From positions 406,410,001-406,474,000 of the forward strand of contig OZ024740.1 of the NCBI GenBank assembly GCA_964016885.1: 64,000 bases of DNA. The letters are read 5' to 3'. Below are positions 1 through 9,528 of the stretch, piece after piece. A program made the translations under genes and the position numbers. The DNA comes from Eledone cirrhosa. Its lineage: Eukaryota. The notes under the pieces are model-generated. The model was given only the letters and a program-made list of their open reading frames with translations. It did not search any database and was not told the origin of the DNA. Numbering within the stretch: the stretch's first letter is position 1; each line of letters opens with the position of its first letter.

Positions 1-549
1 AGCCATAGATTCTCGCCGTTCCCTGTAAATAATGTGCTCAAAGGAGAGGAAATCCTGAGCTCTCTAAAATACAATATGTTGAAAAGGTAACACACTAGAG
101 AGAGATACAGTGCGCTATCAATAAAACAGGGAAAAACCACCAGTGTATGGAATCTATAACCTATGAAAGGCAGAGTATAGACACGATAATTAAAATATAA
201 ATTAAAGCGTAAATAAATACCTCTATAACTATATAACACACGTACAAATCCAAAGTGATCTGTTTCGCCAGTAAGTTGTTGACGGAAATGAAATAACCCA
301 GGTTCATCAGCGTGTGTAAGGCCATACATTTCAGACAACACTAAGAGACTTTTTAAAGCGACCGTCCATCTACACGTGAGAGAGAGAAGTCACAGCGTGT
401 TTAAGGGCAGTGAACCAGTGGCCTCTGAGGGACGAGCTGCTAGAAAAAACAGCCCAAAACCACTCAGAGAAGTGTGCTCAACCAAACAGAGAGAGAGGAA
501 AGACTGTTATAAGGAGCGAAATATCACGATACATTAACAAAGCCATAGA

Positions 550-554
<5 letters not shown>
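1..554 (-). mobile_element. Probable Penelope-like element (pLTR) or retrozyme-like fragment
   Basis: Contains a type I hammerhead fold on the - strand and abuts a (TA)n run. No ORF is seen, so the class is inferred only from the known association of hammerheads with Penelope-like elements. Confidence 0.4.
236..317 (-). ncRNA. Type I hammerhead ribozyme fold (possibly decayed)
   Basis: Minus strand reads ACACACG-CUGAUGA-[imperfect stem II]-GAA-ACAGAUC/acuuug/GAUUUGU-A-CGUGUGU. Stem I is a perfect 7 bp, stem III is 7 bp with one GU, both core boxes are intact and the cleavage triplet is GUA. The first pair of stem II is an A.C mismatch. Confidence 0.65.
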
Positions 555-602
<48 letters not shown>

Positions 603-673
603 AGAACAGATTAAAGTTTACGCAAAGAATCGCTGCTTACACCCTTAACGGGATATATATATATATATATATA

Positions 674-839
674 ATCATCATCACTGTTTAATGCCCATTT
701 TTCCATGCTTGCGTGGGTTAGACGGCTCGCTCACGTCATGAGAGAAGTCTAGCAGTTGACTGCCCTGTACCTTGCTCAGACAGAACTGTAATTTGGCAGG
801 GATTTTTACAGCTGGATGCCCTTCCTAACACCAACCACG
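674..839 (-). mobile_element. SINE 3' part with RTE-type tail and (GAT)n end
   Basis: Has the ggatgcccttcctaacaccaacc body and ccatgcttgcgtgggttagacgg tail, homologous to 7740-7905, 8582-8750 and the RTE-A 3' UTR. Confidence 0.7.
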
Positions 840-856
840 CATATACACGCATATAC

Positions 857-905
857 TGGTTTATGTGTTCCAGCCGATAGTCTGAAGACATGCTTGGGCA
901 CTGCC
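857..905 (-). mobile_element. Short fragment of CR1/L2-type 3' tail (SINE or LINE remnant)
   Basis: Minus strand ggcagtgcccaagcatgtcttcagactatcggctggaacacataaa resembles the 3' UTR of the element at 29765-29831. Confidence 0.45.
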
Positions 906-948
906 ATACACACACACACGTGTATATACACACACAAACACACACATA

Positions 949-1012
<64 letters not shown>

Positions 1013-1284
1013 CATACATACAAACACACACACATACATACATATATACACATATTTCCATATACACACACACATATTTTATCATTTTACATCTCTTTTA
1101 CCATGTTTGCTTAGGTTGGACCTGGGAAATATTCTTCATCCAACAACCATCAACTATAACCAATTGTCTCTTTACCATTTCATCATATTTCTGATCTTTA
1201 CTACCTTCTCCCCATCTTATCACCCCTCACCCAAAAGGTAGAGAGGGCTCATCACATGAGGCAATGATCGGCAACTTCCCACAA

Positions 1285-1610
1285 GTGCCATGGTAAAATG
1301 CACCCACTACACATTGTAAAATGGTTAGAAGTATGCCAAAAAGGGCGGAAAGGATCCTTCAGTCACAACATGACAACTGCAGTAGCGCTGGTGCTATGAG
1401 AAATGCACCCAGTACACCCTGTAAGGTGGTTGGTGATAGGAAGGCCATCCAGCTATAGAAACTATGCAAAAAAAAAAAAAAAGGGTTGGGAGGACTCTTC
1501 AGTTATGTCAAGAGTACAACAACCACTTGTGTTGGTGACATGATAAAACACACCCAGTACACTGTAAAATGGTTAGGAGTAGGAAGAGTATTCCTTTTAG
1601 AAAACTTTCC
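1285..1610 (+). repeat. Three decayed tandem copies of a SINE-body unit
   Basis: An aaatgcacccagtacac...tgtaa..tggtt.g...taggaag motif recurs near 1296, 1401 and 1545. Confidence 0.55.
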
Positions 1611-1614
1611 CCAC

Positions 1615-2369
1615 AAAGGATAGCTACCCCAATTTATCAACAAATAATCAGTATCAGCCACAACACTGATGAAACGGAATCAGCTTTTTTTACCAATTGA
1701 TTGGTTTTGATAATCGGCAGTTATTGTTTTGGAGTAAGAAAACAATGGGTGAGGGAGTAATTTGGAAAACACATTAGATTTAAAATGTAGAAACATATAA
1801 GAAACATTAATTCCTCAGACACAATCTAAGCCCACCAGTCATATAACTGTTCCTAGTGCGTGCTGATTTATACAACTAGAAAATAAGTGGGACTGTCCAC
1901 CTACCCAACTGAGAGAATATATATTTAATTAACCTTTTTAAAAAAATAATGAATTTTAAAATTATAAAGATTCTGATTACAAGATATTAAAAAAAATCCG
2001 AGTAATAATGGTTCTTAATATCTTCTCAAACAAAAAATAAAATCTAATGACCAAATTCAAAAATTTGTAAATTATACGGTAAAAACATAAAAATTTCTCT
2101 ATCTTCAGAGAATAGCTAATTTCTTGGAGGCTCATTACATGTTACCGCCTACAGTAAAATCAGTTTAATTTTCTCATCCGCTCTCAAATAGTAAGAAGCT
2201 CAATAATTGTGATTAATTATGAAATATAATATATTACTTACAATTAATTATAATACACATTTTTCATATCACAATACATAACTACATTATAGATAATCAT
2301 CCGGCAAATAATTGATGACATCGGTTGATAAGACAATACCGATTAATTGGTTTTGCCTATTGGTGCATC

Positions 2370-2374
<5 letters not shown>
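1615..2374. mobile_element. Possible decayed hAT-like non-autonomous DNA transposon
   Basis: The right end attggtgcatccctta resembles TAGGGATGCACCGAT-type termini, and atcgg/ccgat-like subterminal motifs occur near both ends. The left terminal repeat is not recognisable. Confidence 0.25.
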
Positions 2375-2421
<47 letters not shown>

Positions 2422-2560
2422 AAAAGCAAATAAGCTAATCAGGAGAGAAAGATGATTAGTTATGCAGATTACTAGCCAGTATAGAGAGATTAGTGTGCTC
2501 AATGCATATAGGTTGTTAGACTAGCGAGCCATATTCTTCTCTCCAGCATTTAAAAAAAAA

Positions 2561-2562
<2 letters not shown>

Positions 2563-2607
<45 letters not shown>

Positions 2608-2620
2608 AAGAGAGAGAGAG
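2563..2620 (+). repeat. (GA)n microsatellite
   Basis: Directly visible. Confidence 0.95.
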
Positions 2621-2700
2621 ATTTCATATTTCTAAAGAAACATGGTATGTTTACAGGTAAACATTTAGAAACCCATAACTATGCAAAAAACACCAGGGCT

Positions 2701-2715
2701 GACGCCCTCTGGTGG
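2701..2715 (-). promoter_or_regulatory. Candidate CTCF-like motif
   Basis: Minus strand CCACCAGAGGGCGTC closely matches the CCASYAGRKGGCRS core. Single motif, no functional data. Confidence 0.25.
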
Positions 2716-2799
2716 TGTCCAGAAGCAAAAAGGACAATCGTCGATGGATTTCGAACTGAACTTTCGAACTGAAATTTCGATCCCTCCCACTATTGCCAC

Positions 2800-3480
2800 T
2801 GCTGGACTTGAAAACAGTCGAAAATATAGTTTTCTCGTCTGTGTAAATGAGGTGATTAATCTCATTTGTATATGAAGCTGCCTAAGTTGGCTCATAAATG
2901 GACTGTTTCACATTGAGGAAGGCCCTCTATCACTCCAAAATTAACTGCTGATGGGTTGTCAAACAGGTCAGTAAAATGTTCCTCCCAACGCTGAACGATT
3001 TTTGACAGCTCTTTGATGATGATCACTACCCACACGAACATTAAAATCACTGAGAAGTAATAATTTATCGTCAGCAAATGTGCATGCAATGACAACATGA
3101 AGAGACTCATAGTAAGAATCAAGGACCACCTTACTGACCTGTAGGGTTGGTGCATAAACAGATAAAAGTGTTACATAACAGCCATGTCTCAAAGGAATAT
3201 GAAGCTTCATAATGCGATTGGTTACACCAGTAGAGCATTCCATACGATCAAGCAAGGATGTTCTAATGGCGAAGCCAGCACCGCCCTCTCTCCGTTCAGC
3301 TATGGGTTTACCTCCCCAAAAAGAGAGAAGCCTGATGATACTTCTGTTAATTGATCTTCTCCCGCCGTGTTTCAGATAAAGCTGTTATGTCTACGTTCAA
3401 TCTTCTGAGTTCTTTTGTCACAATTGCAGTTCTATGCTCCGGACGTCCTAACAACAAATGTTGAGTTTGACTCGCTCTTT
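2800..3480 (-). pseudogene. Old, internally deleted RTE-clade LINE remnant (APE endonuclease N-terminus)
   Basis: Broken frames encode RPEHRTAIVTKELRRLNVDITALSETR, LSVYAPTL, LLSDFNVRVG and QRWEEHFTDLFDNPS, homologous to the ORFs at 58820-59902 and 56721-58853. Confidence 0.8.
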
Positions 3481-3867
3481 CGCGTATTTTTTGCATTTTG
3501 CTTTATTCTTATTCCTGCTCAAGTAATGCAAAGTAAGCTCAGAGTGCCTGTGTGTAGACTTGTGACTATAAGCTTCCAACTGGTCAGGTCTGCACATGTT
3601 ACCATTCGTCTATCACCACAGTATTTCAGTAATAGGACACATGAAGAAAGATGTAAGAGACGTCTATACATCAGGATATTATAGTGGTAAATGCTTGTAC
3701 AACAGGAGTACCACTCTCTGAGCATCCGCAATTGTCCAGTGACATGCTGAAGCAAGTTAACTGGGAGTTTCTTCAACTGCAGGTTTTAAGGAATTTTCTT
3801 CTCACTTAATGACACCCATACATATGACATACACAAACACACACATGCCACTCACTTACACACACTA

Positions 3868-3925
<58 letters not shown>

Positions 3926-3933
3926 CTATCATT

Positions 3934-4028
3934 GTTGACTTTGCCTTTCATCCTTACGGGGTCGATAAAATAAAGTACCAGTAATGCACTGGGTAATTGC
4001 TGGCCTTGTGCCTAAAGTAGAAACAATT
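3934..4028 (+). mobile_element. SINE 3' part (Nin/Deu-domain-like gactttgcctttcatcc...gtcgataaaataaagtaccag)
   Basis: Near-identical to 45066-45160. Confidence 0.75.
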
Positions 4029-4341
4029 GTCTATATATTACTAAAACTCTGTGATTGCTTGCTTGCCTGTAATGTAATACAACCAAAAGGGAGCATAATG
4101 GGAAAATACTTTGAAAGGAAGTTGACCCTGAAATGGGAATACAAATGGAAAACAAGTTTTGCATAAATCGGACCACAGGTTCCTGAGATATGGGGTTTTT
4201 CCGGGTAACTTCATAAACAGAGACAGAAAGATAGAGAGAAAGAGATAGTGGTTCTGAGAGAGTAGATTGAAAGAGAGACAGGAGAATGCAAGAGAGCGAG
4301 AGAGCTGGTGGTGGTGTTATGTATATATATATAAATCTGTA

Positions 4342-4375
<34 letters not shown>

Positions 4376-4448
4376 ACCAGTGTATATAGATTACAGACAC
4401 TCACATATATATACACACACACACATATACATATATATATATGTATAC

Positions 4449-4910
4449 ACAATGTCACTGGACCGAGACCTTTGGCGGTACTCAGTAACAGAGAAGACCC
4501 GCCTTACCTAAATACATAGTAAAACCTACTCCAGCCAGTAGGCATCTCTAACAAAATACACCCCGTCCCACCACCACCACCCCCACCCCATCCACACCAC
4601 CCCGTTCTATGTAAAGTTATGTTGGTGCCGCGCCATCCAGGCCGAAACAAATGAGATCGTGTAGGTGTCACGACAAAAAAACACACAGTCCACGCTGTAA
4701 TGTGGCCGTGTAGGCAACACGGTAAAAACCTCCCAGACCCACACTGTAAATGTGGTTGGTGTTAGGAAGGGCATCCAACTGTAGAAAACCTGCCAGACAG
4801 TCCTATGCGAGCAAGACAATCACTCTTGCCTCAAGTGGGACTACCCCCGTCCAAACCCATGCAAGCGTGGAACACGGACGTTAAACGTTGATGATGATGA
4901 TGATGATGAT
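4449..4910 (+). mobile_element. RTE family A, 5'-truncated 3' end with (GAT)n tail
   Basis: Matches 21784-21895 and 51109-51568; ends ggacgttaaacgttgatgatgat. Confidence 0.9.
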
Positions 4911-5447
4911 ACACACACATTTATATATATATATATATATGTATATATATACATATATGTATACACACACATTTATAATATATATATATATACATATATA
5001 TACATATATGTATACACACACATTTATAATATATATATATATACATACATACACATATATATATATATGGGCCTTCCAGTTTCATTTCACATTATATACA
5101 TGTCTGTATATTTTAATAATTTAAAAATTATTTTTAAGTGAACATGATTTACAAAAAAATATTTTTGAGTGAAAGTGACCCAACGGGTCTCGCATGGTCT
5201 AGTTAATACTTAGATGTGGCCACTGTTGTCTTTTGAAAGTGTGGGTACAATTGAAGTTGTTAGTGTGTTGCTGTTTAGATTTATCGTTTCGTTGTTTTCA
5301 TAAGGTTTAGTCGTTTTGACTGAGTGGTGGTGATTGTGGTGGCACTTGATGTTGTTTGGCTTTTTATCGTTTTGATGCTGCTGTTGTTGTTCGTTTTGAT
5401 GTTGATGTTGTAGATATTGGTGTTGGTTCATATATATATATATATAT

Positions 5448-5555
5448 ATAGGAAAAAGTGTGACCCTGACGGCAGAGCTCAAGCCGTTTTGACTAGTCCA
5501 GAAATAGCCGTCGAAACGGCTTGAGCTCTGCCGTCAGGGTCACACTTTTTCCTAT
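5448..5555. repeat. 46-bp inverted repeat (fold-back) with 16-nt loop, containing the 3' half of a hammerhead
   Basis: 5448-5493 vs 5510-5555, one mismatch. The + strand has GAAACGGC-ttgagctct-GCCGTC-AGGG. Confidence 0.9.
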
Positions 5556-5635
5556 TTCCCACTCTACTACCCTAAGTATTGAGTACTCTGGTGCGTTATG
5601 GTCCATTACCACAATTCCTTTGTTATGTATATATT

Positions 5636-5680
<45 letters not shown>

Positions 5681-6012
5681 TTACATACACATATATACAT
5701 ACCTACATATATATATATATATACATACATACATACACATATATACATACCTACATACACATATATACTTACATACACATATATACATACCTACATATAT
5801 ATACATACTTACATATATATACATACTTACATATATATACATACTTACATATATATACATACTTACATATATATACATACTTACATATATATACATACTT
5901 ACATATATATACATACTTACATACACATATATATATATATATATACACAAACATACATATATATACATACATGCATACATACATATATACATGCATGCAT
6001 ACATACATATAT

Positions 6013-6878
6013 AATGGCTGCCCCCTCGTTATCGAGTATGGCCATTGCACGAGGAGAGAAAAAAAAAAAATAATAATAATAATAAATAAATAAAAAATAA
6101 AATAAAAATAAAAAAAAAAGAAATATCTATATATCTATATATATATATATAGACATACACACATACATACACATATACACGCACACACACACACACATAC
6201 ATTAATAACAATAATAATAATAATAACAACAACAATAATAACGACAACAACAATAATAATATACATATACATATATATATACACACACACACATAAGCAT
6301 ATTTATACACACACACACACACGATAGCAACTAACAGCGCTGCGATCAAATGTGGCTTTTTAGCCCAGCCAATGATCTAAAATGTCTTGCACAGAGTCGG
6401 CAACCAAAACATTCACTGGGATAGTCGGCTGTGGTTGGAGTTCATGTACTTTTGCATGTCGCTTGAGCCCTCCTGCTGATTTACATTCTCTACCACATGT
6501 TTAGCAAGCATGATGAGTAGCATCTCCAACAGCAGCCTGGTAGTCAACCACTGGTCTTACTTTATGACTGCGAAGATGACTTTCGAGTCCAGCTTTGCTT
6601 AGGCAGAGTCTCGCACAGACGCTGCATGTCAGCACCATAGGAGGACCCTCGCCATCTGGAAGTGCAACAGCAATGTCCTTCCTCACATCCCGCTTTACTT
6701 TCTCGTATGCGATTCGAGATGCCTCAAAGGCAACTTTTCCCTCATATACAGTCTTTCTCCATTTATTACGATCAGCAGCAATATTTTCCCATGTATCAGC
6801 AGAGATGTTAGCGTCTTTCAGAGAGGCTTTCAAGGAATCCTTATACCTCTTTTTTGGTTTATGTGGCGGTCGTTTTCC
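6013..6878 (-). mobile_element. RTE family C, 5'-truncated (C2H2 fingers + 3' UTR)
   Basis: Encodes [17 protein letters not shown] and [21 protein letters not shown]; homologous to 56131-56905. Confidence 0.9.
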
Positions 6879-7122
6879 ATATATACATACATATATACAT
6901 GCATGCATACATACATACATACCTACATACATACATTTACGTATATATACATATATATGCATACATACATACATATACATACATATATGTATGTATATAT
7001 ACAAATATATATATACATACATATATACGTACATACATGTATATACATATATATATGTATATATACATATATATACATACATACATATATGTATATATAC
7101 ATATATATATACATACATATAT

Positions 7123-7736
7123 GATGGCTGCTCCCTCGTTATCGTGTATGGCCATTGCACGATATACCATTATAAATAATAATTAATTAATTCTATCGTG
7201 CAATGCCTGTGCGTGAAGATATTTTTTAAAGTGAGGAAAGACTGTGCACTGAGCCAATCCCACTCTCTGAACGACAGTAGCTATAACCCGAAAAGAAGAA
7301 AAGATGAACATCATCGGTAACTACTGAGCCGCAGGTTTTATATCGGAGTTATCCCAGTTTCCTGAGTTGCCTTCTCCTAGAAGAATGCCCTGAGAAAGGC
7401 TAGGGGTCCTTCACTCCCAGTGGTTTAACCGCGCGATCGGATGTCCAGCCCGACTATTTCTATGTCTCCGCGCATATACATACACGCATGCATATACACA
7501 TATACACACACATGTACATGTGTATATACATATTTACACACTTTTGGATGGCCGTTGACCCTTATGAGTTCTTCCGCCCTTTTGTCAGGTTTTGTTTTTT
7601 GTCCTGCAGGGTGTCCAAAATCACCCTCCCCACCAAGTAAACTTGGTGGGGTTGCCAGTTTAGTCGCTGACGACCTGACCATGCGACAGGTTGTACTGGG
7701 TTACATGTTACCAGTATCACTCAAGAGAGACCCGAC
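7123..7736 (-). mobile_element. Bipartite non-autonomous derivative of RTE family C (leader + internal microsatellite + 5' UTR + 3' tail)
   Basis: 7194-7473 matches the 5' UTR at 60028-60306. 7123-7164 matches the 3' end at 56131-56168. 7541-7736 is homologous to the leader of family D (18311-18462). Confidence 0.8.
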
Positions 7737-7739
7737 ATA

Positions 7740-8080
7740 TCATCATTTCATTTCATTTTACGTCCGCTTTTCCCTGCTTGCAAGGGTGGGACGGGAACTG
7801 ATTCTGGCTTGATTTTTACAGCTGGATGCCCTTCCTAACACCAACCTCATTTACAGTCAGTGCTGGGTGCTTTTTTGCCGTGGCACCTCCACGACCACTT
7901 TGCAGTGGAATGATATGGATCCCAGTACCTACCATCTCATTTCTACAGCTGAGTAAACTGGAGCAATGTGAAATAAAGTGTCTTGCTCAAGCAAACAACA
8001 CATCACCCAGTCTGAGAATTGAACTCACAACCTTTCGATTGCAAGGCCAATGTTCTAACCACTAAGCCATGTGCCTCCAT
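7740..8080 (-). mobile_element. tRNA-derived SINE with RTE family B-type tail
   Basis: Head has A box TGGCTTAGTGG and B box GAGTTCAATTC. Tail ccgtcccacccttgcaagcagggaaaagcggacgtaa matches 55566-55602. Confidence 0.8.
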
Positions 8081-8088
8081 ATATACAT

Positions 8089-8549
8089 GGTGGTGGCTGC
8101 CAACTCGTTTTCGAGTACGGCCACTACTTTATATCCATGTAGGAGAACCCCTACCGATGCGCTGAACGAGTGTGACTTTTTAGTCCAGCCAGCGACTTGA
8201 AAACTCGGGTACAAACACTACACTTGTGACAATTATAGACACATAGTGTTGGGCCCATGGTACGATGTAACGACAAGTGCAGAGAGATCTTCAGATATAA
8301 AGCAATGCCTGTGCCGTGAAGTTTTTATAGTGAGCAAAGGCACTGCACAAAGCCAGTCCCACTCTCTTAACCAAGATGATATTTACCAAAAAGAATAACA
8401 AGTCAACATCATTGGATACCATCAGGGTTGCAGGTGTTATATCAGAGTTTTCCTTTCTTAGAATTCTGCCTTGACAAAGGCTAAGGGGTCATCTCTCCCA
8501 GTGACTTTGGATGGCCATTGACCCTTAAGAGCTCCTTTGCCCTTTGACA
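8089..8549 (-). mobile_element. Bipartite RTE-derived non-autonomous element, family D (5'-truncated)
   Basis: Homologous to 17896-18353. Confidence 0.85.
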
Positions 8550-8581
8550 TATATACATACATACATACATACATGTATATA

Positions 8582-9321
8582 TCATCATCATCATCACCGT
8601 TTTACGTCCGTGCTTCCATGCTAGCATGGGTTAGACGGGTTGTCCTGTTGTGGGCAGTGTCTGGTCGGCTGACCATGCCTTGCTCATACAGCAACTGATT
8701 TTGGCTTGATTTCTACAGCTGGATGCCCTTCCTAACACCAACCTCATTTACAGTGAGTGCTGGGTGCTTTTTGCCATGGCGCCTACACGTCCACTTTACA
8801 GTGTGGACTGGGTGCTTTTTTGCCGTGGCACCTCCACGACCACTTTGCAGTGGGAGGGTGTGGGGGCATATTATCTATATGCTTCAGCTTGTACTCATGG
8901 GAGGTCGGCTACTCTGTATTACTGTGTGACGCCAGAGGCCACGGTCGTGTGTCATCGCCTTTGAGATGTGAAACTGGGTAAGGTCGGACCCTATCACCTC
9001 CTCCGTGGTCTTCTTCGGTCTCCCCACTCCGCGGCTTCTATTGACTTTTAGTGCTCTACCTTTTTATGCAGCTATCATCCTTCATACGCATCACATGTCC
9101 ATACCAACGCAACTGCCTCTCCTGCACACAACATTTGATTCCTCTTATGCTCAGTCTCTCTCTCAATTCATTTATGCTTTGCCGTTCGCGTATATTACTA
9201 TTAGACATCCATCGGAGCATGCAGGCTTCGTTTCTTTCTAATCTACGTAAGTCTTCCAACTTCAGCACCCAGGTCTCACTACCAGTCTTCCACCTTCAGC
9301 GCCCAGGTCTCACTACCTCAC

Positions 9322-9322
<1 letters not shown>
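8582..9322 (-). mobile_element. RTE A/B-related LINE 3' fragment with SINE-like 3' UTR and (GAT)n tail
   Basis: Encodes [18 protein letters not shown]...[20 protein letters not shown] 33-bp tandem duplication sits at the 5' junction (9251-9283 / 9285-9317). Confidence 0.85.
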
Positions 9323-9354
<32 letters not shown>

Positions 9355-9360
9355 ATACAT

Positions 9361-9481
9361 GATGGCTGCCCCCTCGTTATCGAGTATGGCCATTGCACAA
9401 GAAAAAAAAAAGAGAAAAAATAAAATTTTCAAAAAAAAAAATTTAAAATAAAATAAAATAAAAATAAAAATAAAAAAAAAA

Positions 9482-9528
<47 letters not shown>

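Noticed and set aside
1-554. 14-bp direct repeat agccataga(t/c)tctc at 1 and 541 suggesting a 540-bp tandem unit
   Set aside because: Too short and at the window edge; sequence after the two copies does not match and upstream sequence is unavailable.
5160-5430. Q/H/N-rich ORF on the - strand
   Set aside because: Short and low-complexity; possibly a decayed LINE ORF1 remnant, but no motif is intact.
7640-7720. HDV-like or twister ribozyme in the RTE leader
   Set aside because: CUAA followed by ACUGG resembles J4/2-P2, but P3/L3/P1 could not be placed, and twister core motifs are absent. Kept only as an unclassified structure.
8005-8080. Functional tRNA gene
   Set aside because: A and B boxes are present but there is no clean cloverleaf, and it continues into a SINE body and LINE tail.
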